A stretch of DNA of 64,000 nt, taken from assembly GCA_964593885.1 (NCBI GenBank), contig CAZQKK010000001.1:297929-361928 (forward strand). The letters run 5' to 3'. The notes beneath the pieces are model-generated. The model had not been told where the DNA came from, did not search any database, and saw nothing but the letters and a program-made list of their open reading frames with translations. Made by a program: the position numbers and the translations under genes. Positions 48,486 to 57,808 of this stretch are shown in pieces. Source of the DNA: an uncultured Candidatus Saccharibacteria bacterium (GTDB lineage Bacteria > Patescibacteriota > UBA1384 > CAILIB01). Each line of letters starts with the position of its first letter. Positions within the stretch are counted from its first letter, which is position 1.

Positions 48486-48770
48486 ATGGCACATAAGAAA
48501 GCCGCCGGCTCCACCCGGTTAGGGCGCGATAGTAACGCACAGCGCCTCGGCGTCAAGATTTTTGGTGACCAGTTTGCAAAAGCTGGAAACATCGTCATCC
48601 GTCAGCGTGGTAGCAAGTTTACCGCAGGTGATGGTATGGGTGTTGGTAAAGATGACACCCTCTACGCCCTCAAGGATGGCCTCGTATCATTCAAGAAAGT
48701 GATGAAGCGGAAGTTTACTGGCTCGCTCAGAGCTACCCGTGTAGTCAGCATTAAGCCACACGCTAAGTAA
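48486..48770 (+). CDS. rpmA: 50S ribosomal protein L27
   Basis: [29 protein letters not shown]...[12 protein letters not shown]. Confidence 0.9.
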   Translation: MAHKKAAGSTRLGRDSNAQRLGVKIFGDQFAKAGNIVIRQRGSKFTAGDGMGVGKDDTLYALKDGLVSFKKVMKRKFTGSLRATRVVSIKPHAK

Positions 48771-48775
48771 CTCCC

Positions 48776-49354
48776 ATGCTTCGTACTGATGTAGCAGAGC
48801 TCCTGCTTAAAAAATATGGTAAGAACAACGCTCCTGTACTTCGCGCAGGGGATACCGTTAAAATTCACCAGAAGATCAAAGAAGGTGACAAAGAGCGCGT
48901 ACAGATTTTTGAAGGTCTCGTTATCGCTGTTAAGCACGGTCACGGCCTAGACGGTACCTTCACCGTTCGTAAGGTTGCAACTGGTGGCGTTGGTGTAGAG
49001 CGTACCTACCCACTCCACTCACCTATGATTCTCAAGGTTGAGAGGACAAAGACTGCCGATGTTAACCGTGCCAAGCTCTACTACATGCGCGATCGTATGG
49101 GTAAGAACGCTCGCTTCAAGCACGAGGACAAAACTGGTGCTACCACCTGGATTGAGAATGAGGTAGTTATCCCAGAAGCTGAAGAAGTTCAGATGGATGC
49201 TCCAGATACCACCCAAGAGGTTGAGGAAGCAGTTCTTGAAGTAGCTGAGGCACAGGAAGTAGCAGAAGCTGCTACCGAGGCCGTAGAAGCTCAGGTTGCT
49301 GAAGAAGTAGCCATTGCTGCTGAACAGGAAGAGGTAGAAATCGCTAAGTCCTAA
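48776..49354 (+). CDS. rplS: 50S ribosomal protein L19 with acidic Glu/Ala-rich C-terminal extension
   Basis: [43 protein letters not shown]. Confidence 0.85.
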   Translation: MLRTDVAELLLKKYGKNNAPVLRAGDTVKIHQKIKEGDKERVQIFEGLVIAVKHGHGLDGTFTVRKVATGGVGVERTYPLHSPMILKVERTKTADVNRAKLYYMRDRMGKNARFKHEDKTGATTWIENEVVIPEAEEVQMDAPDTTQEVEEAVLEVAEAQEVAEAATEAVEAQVAEEVAIAAEQEEVEIAKS

Positions 49355-49383
49355 GCGATACCCTGATTTCAAATCAAGAAACA

Positions 49384-49416
49384 GGCCGTCTGGGCGAAGC
49401 TCAGGCGGCTTTTTTC
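49384..49416 (+). terminator. Rho-independent terminator after rplS
   Basis: gccgtctgggcgaagctcaggcggc + tttttt (imperfect stem). Confidence 0.5.
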
Positions 49417-49431
49417 TTACAGAAGTGTGGC

Positions 49432-49716
49432 ATGGAGCTACTGGGGACTAACCTCAGGTACAGGGCGGGGGAGGTAGATCTCCTGATGCGTGATACCGAC
49501 GGCACCATAGTCCTGGTAGAGGTAAAGGCGCTCAGTGCACCAGGAGCCTATGATCCAGCTACGAAGCTTGGCCCACTGAAGCTCAGAAAGCTCTCACTCC
49601 TCTCACGATTTGTTGAAGCACAGTATCCAGAGCAGAATATCCGGGTTGATGCGGTTGCGCTATACTGGGAATCTGGAGAGGCACACATCACCCACTACAA
49701 AAACATCACAAGCTAG
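49432..49716 (+). CDS. YraN/UPF0102 family endonuclease (likely N-terminally longer, non-ATG start)
   Basis: RYRAGEVDLLMRDTDGTIVLVEVKA matches YraN core. Confidence 0.6.
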   Translation: MELLGTNLRYRAGEVDLLMRDTDGTIVLVEVKALSAPGAYDPATKLGPLKLRKLSLLSRFVEAQYPEQNIRVDAVALYWESGEAHITHYKNITS

Positions 49717-49719
49717 AAT

Positions 49720-51186
49720 ATGAGTAACGTACGCGTCAGGTTCGCCCCAAGTCCAACTGGAGACCCTCACCTCGGTAACATTAGAACCGCTGTTTTTGAC
49801 TACCTTTTTGCTAGGGCCACCGGCGGAACCTTCATCCTGCGGGTAGAGGACACCGACCGTGCACGGCTTAATGATGGCAGCTTGGAGCGTATGTATGAAG
49901 CTCTCGCGTGGCTAGGAATTGAGCCAGATGAGGGGGTGTACGTAGACGGTCAAGGTAATATTTGCCAGCGTGGAGACGTTGGTCCGTACATCCAATCTGA
50001 GCGAAAAGAGATCTACGGCCGTTACGCAAAAGAGCTTCTGGAAGCCGGGAAAGCCTATCGCTGCTTCGCTACCTCAGAGGAGCTAGATGTCATGAGGAAG
50101 GAACAGCAGGCGGCTGGTTTGCCACCTCGCTACGACAGACGTTTCCGTGACCTCCCACGTGAAGAGAGTGACTCGCGCGCCGCTGCGGGTGACCCATTTG
50201 TCATACGCCAAGCAATGCCATTGACGGGCGAGGTACTAGTTCACGATGTCATCCGAGGCGATGTTTCGTTCCAGTGCCCAGACCTTGATGACCACGTCCT
50301 GCTTAAGGCAGATGGCTACCCAACCTACCAGTTTGCCAACGTGGTTGACGATTACCTCATGGAGATTACCCATGTCCTGAGGGGAGAGGAGTACGTTTCC
50401 TCGGCTCCTAAGAATGTTCTCCTGTACCAAGCATTTGGTTGGGAAGCTCCAACCTGGGCTCACCTCCCACTCATCGTTGGTGCGGATAAAGCAAAGCTTT
50501 CAAAGCGTCACGGTGCTGAAACGGTGCTAGCTTACAGAGATAAGGGCTACCTACCTGAGGCGATACTCAACACCCTCGCCTTCATTGGCTGGAACCCAGG
50601 CACTGAAGAAGAGTTCTTCAGCAAAGAGCAGTTGGCAGAGAGGTTTACGCTGGAGCGAATCCAGAAAGCTGCAGCAGTGTTCAACCCTGAAAGGTTAGAT
50701 TTCGTGAATGGTCACTACATCCGTCAGATGACTGATGAGGTTGTAGCCGAGCATATGCTCCCATGGCTTGAGAGAGATGGTATCCAGGTATCAGACAGAG
50801 GCTACCTGGTAAAGGTAGCGGCACTCCTGAAGGAGCGTTTCAAACACTTCGACGAAACCTCAGGTTTCACCTGGTTCTTCTTCAAACGCCCCGAGGTAAC
50901 TGACGCGCTTCGAGAACTTGTCGTACCCAAAAAGCTTACCTATGAGCAGGTTCAGGAGAACCTCAGGTTTGCGGTAGAAATCCTTGAAGAACTTGAGGAC
51001 TGGAGTCAGGACTCGCTTCATACCACTCTCATGGAAGCTATTGCAGAGGCAAGTAAGAAGAACGGCGAGGTACTCTGGCCAATCCGGGCTGCTCTCACTG
51101 GTGAGCCTGCTTCGCCTGGTGCATTTGAGATGCTTGAGGTGCTTGGTAAAGCTGAGAGCCTTGAGAGGTTGCGTCCGCTGCTCTAG
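49720..51186 (+). CDS. gltX: Glutamyl-tRNA synthetase
   Basis: HIGH-type PSPTGDPHLGNIRTA, KLSKRHG (KMSKS). Confidence 0.9.
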   Translation: MSNVRVRFAPSPTGDPHLGNIRTAVFDYLFARATGGTFILRVEDTDRARLNDGSLERMYEALAWLGIEPDEGVYVDGQGNICQRGDVGPYIQSERKEIYGRYAKELLEAGKAYRCFATSEELDVMRKEQQAAGLPPRYDRRFRDLPREESDSRAAAGDPFVIRQAMPLTGEVLVHDVIRGDVSFQCPDLDDHVLLKADGYPTYQFANVVDDYLMEITHVLRGEEYVSSAPKNVLLYQAFGWEAPTWAHLPLIVGADKAKLSKRHGAETVLAYRDKGYLPEAILNTLAFIGWNPGTEEEFFSKEQLAERFTLERIQKAAAVFNPERLDFVNGHYIRQMTDEVVAEHMLPWLERDGIQVSDRGYLVKVAALLKERFKHFDETSGFTWFFFKRPEVTDALRELVVPKKLTYEQVQENLRFAVEILEELEDWSQDSLHTTLMEAIAEASKKNGEVLWPIRAALTGEPASPGAFEMLEVLGKAESLERLRPLL

Positions 51187-51244
51187 GTGATTGCTAATCT
51201 GGTGGTTTCTGGTACACTTTCCCTGTTCTCGAGGGATTATACAC

Positions 51245-51505
51245 ATGTCATCTGAAGGAATCATTCACGCCAAGATTGGCGAGCCGCTCGTTGTTGAGAT
51301 TGAAGGAGCGATACTCACCATTGAGTGTGTTCCTTCTAGATCTGGTGGAAAGGATGTGAGGATTACGGTTGAAAACCTTGATCCGAATATGGGTTTTGCC
51401 TACATCATCAAGGGGTGTGACGGTACCAAGCGTTCAAGTGGTGGGTCGTCTCCCCAAGCTCTTGTTGAGGGAAATGGCGAACGAACACCAGCACTCCCTG
51501 ATTAG
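51245..51505 (+). CDS. Hypothetical small protein, weak CsrA-like resemblance
   Basis: AKIGEPLVVEIEGAILTIEC...KDVRITVE vs CsrA RRVGETLMIGDEVTVTV..VRIGVNAP; inference only. Confidence 0.3.
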   Translation: MSSEGIIHAKIGEPLVVEIEGAILTIECVPSRSGGKDVRITVENLDPNMGFAYIIKGCDGTKRSSGGSSPQALVEGNGERTPALPD

Positions 51506-51518
51506 CTCACCAGTTTCC

Positions 51519-51542
51519 AAACGCCCACATCGGGCGTTTTTT
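51519..51542 (+). terminator. Rho-independent terminator
   Basis: acgcccacatcgggcgttttt. Confidence 0.6.
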
Positions 51543-51598
51543 CGTGGGAATTTTATGTACACTAGTACGTACACCGGCATGATGCCGGGTGGTGGAAT

Positions 51599-52246
51599 AT
51601 GAAGTGGATTCTGACGTTCCTCGTAGTTGTGCTGGGTTTCCAGCGAGTTGATAGCGCGCCGTTTGTGGCTGAGGTGTTTGCGAAACCTGCCAGGTACTCG
51701 TTTGCCGATGTGAAGTTTCACGTGAGCTACGTGCCCGGGGGAGTTCCTAGGGCAAAGCTTGCGGCGAAGTACCCGGAGGTGAGTGGGTTTCTCGACGCCA
51801 TTCCAGGTGGGTACTTCTCCCCGGAGAGTAACCCAATAAGGAACGTAGACTACACGCTCAAAGGCTCCCAGTTGCTGGTTCCGTACCTTTCAGAGAGGCA
51901 GCGCCCAGTGATTCTCTTCTCTGAAAGGGGAGCAAGGATTGCCTGGCCTGAAAAGGGTAAAGGGGGATTTACCCGATCTGTAGACGAGACCGAGGGATTG
52001 GCCGGTGACAACCACTGCCAGAAGCCTGGCAAATCGCTCCTGCGAACCATTGTGGGCGTGACCAAGTCAACCCTGACGGTGTACCTGGTGAGGGGAACTG
52101 AGCATCAGTGCCACAAGTTCATGGCGACGGAGCAGTACCAGCACAAGCAGTACCTGTTCATGGATGGGGGCGATTCAGTGCTCCCAACCACCCCCATGCC
52201 CTCGCATATCGTCATCTTCAGGAAGACGAGACAGGCATTTCAGTAA
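51599..52246 (+). CDS. Hypothetical secreted protein (signal peptide MKWILTFLVVVLGFQRVDSA)
   Basis: Signal peptide; FMDGGDS motif loosely like the LDGGPS motif of 8646-9410 protein. Confidence 0.45.
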   Translation: MKWILTFLVVVLGFQRVDSAPFVAEVFAKPARYSFADVKFHVSYVPGGVPRAKLAAKYPEVSGFLDAIPGGYFSPESNPIRNVDYTLKGSQLLVPYLSERQRPVILFSERGARIAWPEKGKGGFTRSVDETEGLAGDNHCQKPGKSLLRTIVGVTKSTLTVYLVRGTEHQCHKFMATEQYQHKQYLFMDGGDSVLPTTPMPSHIVIFRKTRQAFQ

Positions 52247-52270
52247 GCACCCGCCTGGGTGCTTTTTTTG
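52246..52270 (+). terminator. Rho-independent terminator
   Basis: agcacccgcctgggtgcttttttt. Confidence 0.6.
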
Positions 52271-52326
52271 AACCTGGTTTTCTGGTACAGTAGCGGAAGC
52301 GAAAAAGGCAGAGACAAACAGCGTAT

Positions 52327-52401
52327 TGCCCGGTGGCCAAGTGGTAAGGCGCCTGATTCTGGATCAGGTTACCGTAGGTTCGAATCCTACCCGGGCAGCC
52401 A
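52327..52401 (+). tRNA. tRNA-Gln (anticodon CTG)
   Basis: TGCCCGG/CCGGGCA acceptor, anticodon arm CCTGA-TTCTGGA-TCAGG, T-arm GTAGGTTCGAATCCTAC, encoded CCA. Confidence 0.8.
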
Positions 52402-52402
52402 A

Positions 52403-52437
52403 AGAAAAAGAACAGACAATGTCTGTTCTTTTTCTTT
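52403..52437. terminator. Hairpin terminator after tRNA-Gln (agaacagaca-atg-tctgttct, A-run/T-run)
   Basis: Read from sequence. Confidence 0.5.
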
Positions 52438-52562
52438 GCTTATCTCGAGAGGATTCGAACCTACGGAGTAGGTGAGAATCCTATAGTCATGCATTTTGCA
52501 TGACTATCACGAGTGTCATATTCAGGTGAGCACAGTGAACCTGACTTGATACGAAGTATGGA

Positions 52563-52576
52563 GGGCAGCCAAAGAA
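52563..52576 (+). repeat. Direct copy of tRNA-Gln 3' end plus flank (gggcagccaaagaa; first copy 52394-52407)
   Basis: 14/14 identical, 16/18 with flank. Confidence 0.5.
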
Positions 52577-52662
52577 TAAGAAGCCCTTCTGGGTGTTTTT
52601 TGATAATTCTATAAGATTCAGGCTTGGCGACAATTCTTAGTAATCAGTAACATCTAGTACAT

Positions 52663-54477
52663 TTATTTATCAGGCAATACCTCTTGGAACCTCAGGATAT
52701 CTTCATAGCAATAGCCATCTGAAGTCTGATTAGCACGATTGATAATTGATGTAATAGGTAGCTTATTTCGCTTCGCAAAAGTTATAATTCCACTATAATG
52801 TAGTCCAGTTTTTTGACCGATAGCCAGTGCGCTCGCCCAATGTTTGCCATTTTTATCTGTATAGAATCCCGCCCATTCACCCGAGGTCTCAACTCTATTT
52901 TCTTCTGAAAGACGCCGTTTGATTGGCTCATAATCCAGTACATCCTCAAGACAGTAGGCAGTTGAAGTTCGGTGGCTTTTTACAGATCGTGTAGGCAAGT
53001 TACTTTCAGAAAGAAGTTTATGGGTGTTACTCGTATCAAGGTTAAGTTTTTTTGCAATTACGGAAGAACTTCCCCAGTGCCTTCCTTCTTCATCAACATA
53101 GAATCCCGCCCATTCACCCGAAGTCTCAACGTTGAGGGAACTGCGCTCAGTAAGGTATTCTTCTGGTACGAGGGGAATGAGTTGCTCTAAGCAGTACCCA
53201 ACTGTAACTCTATTGAGCAGATCTTTGATTGTTCTTGTAGTAAGTATCGAATTGTTGCTCTTTATAACTTGTTCAAGTTGACTCGGGTTGATCCCGATCT
53301 GTTTTGCAAGAGTATTTTTAGTGCTCCAGTGATTATACTCCTCATCTTCCCAGAAACCCTTGAAGGGATCTGAATCAGCTACTGAGACCTCTGGGGTCAC
53401 GAATTCCTGTTTGATTTCCTCCAATTGCTGCACATCCTCAATACAGTAGGCATCGTATATTGAGCCACGAATAGAGCGAATTTTTTGTGTAGTGAGCTGG
53501 TTATTATCCCTGAGAATAGACTCGAATTTCCCTTGTTTGATACCGAGTTTATTCCTAATTGCAGCTTGCGTTCCCCAGTGCTTACCAGCTTCATCTGTGT
53601 GAAACCCTTTCCATGGATCTAAATCATCGACGGAAGCTACAACGTAATCAGGTTCACCTTCGATATGTTCTGATGACCTTTCTTGCACTTGCATCGGTGC
53701 AAGTAGATACGTACTCATTACCTCTCGCCAAGCAGGCTGCTGGATAACCCTCATCCCAATCCCAGGAAGCTCCGCAATAATCGCATTTAAATCTTCTTTT
53801 GAAGCGTGGTCTAGCAAAGTGAGCTCAACGCCGATTTCACCAAGTAGCCCGGTGTCGAAAATATAGGAAGCGTTACCTTCTTCTTCACACACATACACCG
53901 CTCTCTCTAGTGAGGGGACTTCAACTCGGTAGTATGGCTCTTCTCTAAACCACCGTTCATCTACTTCTCCCCGAGTAATACCTATCTCCTCTGGGTTGAT
54001 GTCGCAATCAGATTCAAGTAAGAAGAGGAGCGTCTTGAGGCGGGGGATGATGTCTTTTTCGGTAAATGTGGACTCACCATTCCCGAGGGCCAAGGGTTGC
54101 GATCCGGGTGGGATGAGAAATGCATCTGATTCTCCAATAGCCGTTTCTGAAATACGTTCTTGTATGTCAAGTATTGTTTGCTGTATCTCTTGCGCTCGTT
54201 CCAGGGCACTACCAATACTGGATAGGCCAAAGAGCTCGTAAGCAGAATTTTCTAAGGCATCATCTGTGAGATTTGCTGTAGTGACCCCTGTCTCTTTGTA
54301 AGCAGTAGTAACTTCATCTGTAAGTTCAATCAGTGCATCCAAGACAGCATCCGCATACGTGTCTATGTTTTCTAGTGAAACATTCGTATGGAGAATGCTT
54401 TCAAGTTGATTCTGAAATAACTCCTGTTTTCTTGGAGTGTCAGGTCTAGTATGTGACGGCGGAAAATTCTCACTCAT
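52663..54477 (-). CDS. Hypothetical protein with four tandem ~75-aa repeats (W-x-G-F-x-D-E-x-G-x-HW ... G-Y-C-x-E-D) after a ~280-aa N-terminal domain
   Basis: Repeats DPWKGFHTDEAGKHWGT.., DPFKGFWEDEEYNHWST.., GEWAGFYVDEEGRHWGS.., GEWAGFYTDKNGKHWAS.. read directly. Confidence 0.6.
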   Translation of the reverse strand: MSENFPPSHTRPDTPRKQELFQNQLESILHTNVSLENIDTYADAVLDALIELTDEVTTAYKETGVTTANLTDDALENSAYELFGLSSIGSALERAQEIQQTILDIQERISETAIGESDAFLIPPGSQPLALGNGESTFTEKDIIPRLKTLLFLLESDCDINPEEIGITRGEVDERWFREEPYYRVEVPSLERAVYVCEEEGNASYIFDTGLLGEIGVELTLLDHASKEDLNAIIAELPGIGMRVIQQPAWREVMSTYLLAPMQVQERSSEHIEGEPDYVVASVDDLDPWKGFHTDEAGKHWGTQAAIRNKLGIKQGKFESILRDNNQLTTQKIRSIRGSIYDAYCIEDVQQLEEIKQEFVTPEVSVADSDPFKGFWEDEEYNHWSTKNTLAKQIGINPSQLEQVIKSNNSILTTRTIKDLLNRVTVGYCLEQLIPLVPEEYLTERSSLNVETSGEWAGFYVDEEGRHWGSSSVIAKKLNLDTSNTHKLLSESNLPTRSVKSHRTSTAYCLEDVLDYEPIKRRLSEENRVETSGEWAGFYTDKNGKHWASALAIGQKTGLHYSGIITFAKRNKLPITSIINRANQTSDGYCYEDILRFQEVLPDK

Positions 54478-54513
54478 ATCTTCCTCTAGTATAACTCATG
54501 ATACGATACCTAT

Positions 54514-54825
54514 ATGCTAACCAAACCAATCTCAGGTGGAACTTTCCACAAGCTTCCCGCAGACCTGCGTGATGCCCTCGTGGCGAAGCCAAAGGCACTC
54601 AAGGCGTGGGAGAGTCTCACCCCGCTAGCGCGTAACGAGTGGATTTGCTGGACAATCTCGGTCCAACAACAGAAGACTCGCGACCACCACATCAAGCGTG
54701 CGGTCACCGAGCTCCAGGAGGGGAAACGGCGGCCGTGCTGTTGGATTGGCTGCATCCATAGGACTGATAAAGCTATAAGTCCGTCAATTCGGGGCATACT
54801 TGCAAAACGGGGGAAGGCAAAGTAG
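54514..54825 (+). CDS. YdeI/OmdA-family (bacteriocin-protection-like) small protein
   Basis: LTPLARNEWICWTISVQQQKTRDHHIKRAVTELQEGKRRPC pattern. Confidence 0.5.
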   Translation: MLTKPISGGTFHKLPADLRDALVAKPKALKAWESLTPLARNEWICWTISVQQQKTRDHHIKRAVTELQEGKRRPCCWIGCIHRTDKAISPSIRGILAKRGKAK

Positions 54826-54832
54826 CTGTAGT

Positions 54833-55456
54833 ATGATTCGCAAAGTTTCTGGAACAACTGTCAGCTACAGAGATAGTCACCAAGGCACAATATTGGGCTG
54901 CATCGCCATTGCGGCAATTCCATTTTTTTATGGAATTCTTGACCTGGTTGATCATGGAACGGGGTTCAGTTTATTCAAGAGTACAGCTCCTCCATTCTTT
55001 GCGTTCGCACTCTTCCTCTATGCTGTAAAACGGTCGATAGATTTGAGAATTCAATCAGATGGAACGGTCACGTACCGAATGTCGCGTTTTGGGCTGGGGA
55101 AAACCTCCCAATTCACCAAGAAAGATATTACCGAAGTAGTGGTAGCCGCCCATATTGATGATCGTAGAGTTGTGGCACAGCTGAGACAGGTGAGGGGTAA
55201 GTCTGTTCCTAATCTCGAACCCATGACAGCGTGGGGTTGCTGGGTAATCACTGGAGAAAGAGAGCTGTTTCTCAGCCTACTTGGCTACACTAAGGGGGAC
55301 CCTGAAAAGTTTTTTGAAGATGAGAGCTATAGAGATGTGTATTCTCTGCCACAGGGATTGGCTCAGGAGCTAGGCGTACCCCTGAAACTAATGACGCGGC
55401 AGAAGGGATTTCTAGAAGAACTAGTAGTTACTAAGGGAGAACCTGAGTCAAAGTAG
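54833..55456 (+). CDS. Hypothetical membrane protein (2 N-terminal TM + soluble domain)
   Basis: ORF + hydrophobicity only. Confidence 0.4.
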   Translation: MIRKVSGTTVSYRDSHQGTILGCIAIAAIPFFYGILDLVDHGTGFSLFKSTAPPFFAFALFLYAVKRSIDLRIQSDGTVTYRMSRFGLGKTSQFTKKDITEVVVAAHIDDRRVVAQLRQVRGKSVPNLEPMTAWGCWVITGERELFLSLLGYTKGDPEKFFEDESYRDVYSLPQGLAQELGVPLKLMTRQKGFLEELVVTKGEPESK

Positions 55457-55474
55457 CTGTACCATCGCCCCCAA

Positions 55475-55502
55475 CAAAAAAGCACCCTTTCGGGTGCTTT
55501 TT
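55475..55502. terminator. Bidirectional rho-independent terminator
   Basis: aaaaaagcaccctttcgggtgcttttt. Confidence 0.65.
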
Positions 55503-55503
55503 C

Positions 55504-55698
55504 CTAACCTACCAATCCGGCTTGCTTGAGTAGCCAGATGAAAACCCCAATTGAGATGATGAACAGCCCGAGACCAATAGGTGATCCCCAACTGAACCAC
55601 GATCCCCATGCCCGCCAGTGCTGAGCTGGCCAGGGCTCCCACTTGTAGTCAATGTCCTGAATGTTCACTTCAGGTGACTTCTTTTTCTCTACTAGCAT
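55504..55698 (-). CDS. Hypothetical small Trp-rich membrane protein (64 aa)
   Basis: Ends right at terminator; single TM LGLFIISIGVFIWLL. Confidence 0.35.
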   Translation of the reverse strand: MLVEKKKSPEVNIQDIDYKWEPWPAQHWRAWGSWFSWGSPIGLGLFIISIGVFIWLLKQAGLVG

Positions 55699-55923
55699 AC
55701 GATGGCCCTTCTACTAAGTTGTAAAGATTGCCTTCGCCACCGACCCGGCGTCGGCGCTTGTTGATGATTGAAACCACGAGGCCTATTGGTGTCGTAAGCT
55801 GCGACTAGGCTTGCAGGGTGGATTTACTTCACAGGTATGGTAGCAGAAGTTTGTGCTCACATCGACACATTAGTTGACCCACCCAACATCTTTCCCTAAA
55901 GTTCACAAGGGTTTCAAAAAATA

Positions 55924-56232
55924 GTGACGGAAAGAACGAGCTACTGCGGTTACCTGGGAATCACGGTTCTCCATCGTCTCGATGGCAAGCCCTTTGACAG
56001 GGAAGTTGCCCAAGAAATAAAAAGTACCTGCGGAGTGGACGTGTTTCTCTCCCGTACGCAAGTTCATCGCTCAACCTGTGTCCTCGCCTCAAAGTCTGTG
56101 GCGGCGGTTACTTTAGAGGAGGTAAAGCCTTGCCTGACAGGAGTAGAGGTGAGCGCTACCTACTACCGCGGCGGGCTCTACAACCCCACCATGTCCTGCG
56201 AGATACGGGAGTTTGATGAGCTCGACGACTAA
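55924..56232 (+). CDS. Hypothetical protein (102 aa)
   Basis: ORF only. Confidence 0.35.
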   Translation: MTERTSYCGYLGITVLHRLDGKPFDREVAQEIKSTCGVDVFLSRTQVHRSTCVLASKSVAAVTLEEVKPCLTGVEVSATYYRGGLYNPTMSCEIREFDELDD

Positions 56233-56319
56233 CATCTTTTTCTCCCACGCCAATGGCGTGGGACTTTTCGTTACAGAGCTTGGAATACGCAACTTTTCTG
56301 GTATATTCACCACAAGATC

Positions 56320-56736
56320 TTGATACGTGAGTTCTGGGATATAGCCATGGGATTCCTAGGAATTGGAAACAAGAAGGACGGCGCCGCACCTGCGGCAAAT
56401 GACGGTCAGGCAAAGAAGGATAGCCTGCTTGCGGGCATCTTCGGGAAGTTCAAGAAGAAGGACGGCGGCGGTGCTTCGGCACAGAGCTCCAGCCCTTCCT
56501 ACGGCGGCGGCAACGCGGCAGGTTCGTCCCAACTTGGGGTAACCGTGAACGGGCAGTACTACTACTCCGGCGGCTTCCTCAAGGTTGGAGTGTCCTGCGA
56601 AGTCTGCAAGAAGCCTGCTGAATCGATGTTCAAGTTCAAGGGCGGCGCGCCTCACTACGCCTGCAACAGGCAGAAGTGCATGCACACTGCGTGCTCTGCG
56701 GCCATCAAGGAGTACAACCCTAACGCCGCGGCCTAG
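56320..56736 (+). CDS. Hypothetical protein, Gly/Ala-rich disordered N-terminus and C-terminal Cys cluster (CEVCKK...HYACNRQKCMHTAC)
   Basis: ORF and Cys spacing only. Confidence 0.35.
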   Translation: MIREFWDIAMGFLGIGNKKDGAAPAANDGQAKKDSLLAGIFGKFKKKDGGGASAQSSSPSYGGGNAAGSSQLGVTVNGQYYYSGGFLKVGVSCEVCKKPAESMFKFKGGAPHYACNRQKCMHTACSAAIKEYNPNAAA

Positions 56737-56804
56737 CGCCCGCCAACCAACCAGTCTCTGTCGTCACCAAGGTGGCGACTTTTTTGTTGCTATACTCACT
56801 ACAT

Positions 56805-57767
56805 ATGAAAGCAATTATCACCCCTTCCTACGGCCCTGCTGAACTCCAGCAGCTCAGAGAAGTACCTAAGCCATCGCCTAGCAAAGGTCAGGTGCTCATT
56901 AAGGTGCATGCGACTACGGTGAATCGGACCGATACCGGACTCCGTTCCGCACAGTACGTTGTCTCAAGGCTATTTACCGGCCTCCTGAAACCTCGCTTCA
57001 AAACCTTTGGGAGCGAATTTGCCGGGGAGGTGGTAGGTCTGGGTGAAGGAGTTACTGAGTTTGCTGTTGGTGACAGGATTTTTGGCTTCAACGACACCAT
57101 GTGCGGTGCGCATGCTGAGTACATGGTCACACCTGCCGCTGGTGCCATCGCCCCAATTCCCAAGGGGTTGAGTTACCTTGAAGCGGCGCCACTGGGTGAG
57201 GGGGCACAGTACGCACTCAACAACATTCGAGCAGCCGGCGTGAAAAAGGGTGATACGGTTCTGGTGTACGGGGCTAGCGGGGCAATTGGCTCGGCAGCGG
57301 TACAGATTTGCAAGTACCTGGGAGCAAGGGTGACTGCTGTATGCGGAACGAAGCACGTTGATCTTATCAAAACGTTCAAGCCAGATAGAGTAGTTGATTA
57401 CCAGCAGGAAGATTTCACCGATACCACAGAGCGGTATACCTTCATCTTTGATGCGGTGGGGAAGAGTACCTTTGGTGTGTGTAAGAAGTTGCTGCTCCCG
57501 GGGGGATCGTACTCATCTACTGAGCTGGGACCTCGAGGAGAGAATGTGTACCTGGCGCTCTGGTTTGCCCTCATCCGCAAGAAGACGCTACTCTTTCCTA
57601 TCCCGCAAGCAACCAGGGAAAAGGTTGAGTACATCAAAATGCTCGTGGAAAATGGCGATTTTACGCCACTTGTTGATAAGACCTACCCACTCAACCAGAT
57701 TGTAGAGGCAACCAAGTACGTAGAGAGCGGCCAAAAGGTAGGGAACGTGATTATCAAAGTTTTGTAA
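56805..57767 (+). CDS. NAD(P)H-dependent quinone oxidoreductase / zinc-type alcohol dehydrogenase superfamily (MDR)
   Basis: GroES-like N-term, Rossmann GASGAIGSAAVQICKYLGARV. Confidence 0.8.
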   Translation: MKAIITPSYGPAELQQLREVPKPSPSKGQVLIKVHATTVNRTDTGLRSAQYVVSRLFTGLLKPRFKTFGSEFAGEVVGLGEGVTEFAVGDRIFGFNDTMCGAHAEYMVTPAAGAIAPIPKGLSYLEAAPLGEGAQYALNNIRAAGVKKGDTVLVYGASGAIGSAAVQICKYLGARVTAVCGTKHVDLIKTFKPDRVVDYQQEDFTDTTERYTFIFDAVGKSTFGVCKKLLLPGGSYSSTELGPRGENVYLALWFALIRKKTLLFPIPQATREKVEYIKMLVENGDFTPLVDKTYPLNQIVEATKYVESGQKVGNVIIKVL

Positions 57768-57776
57768 CAAAAAGAG

Positions 57777-57805
57777 GCTCCACCCGGAGCCTCTTGGGTA
57801 ACCGA
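57777..57805 (-). terminator. Hairpin terminator serving minus-strand gene 57809-58114
   Basis: agaggctcc-accc-ggagcctct preceded by A-run on + strand. Confidence 0.5.
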
Positions 57806-57808
57806 TCC

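Noticed and set aside
52440-52530. Possible second (minus-strand) tRNA after tRNA-Gln
   Set aside because: Only a T-arm-like fragment is present. No acceptor stem pairing, anticodon arm or D-arm could be built, so I treat it as a tRNA fragment or scar.
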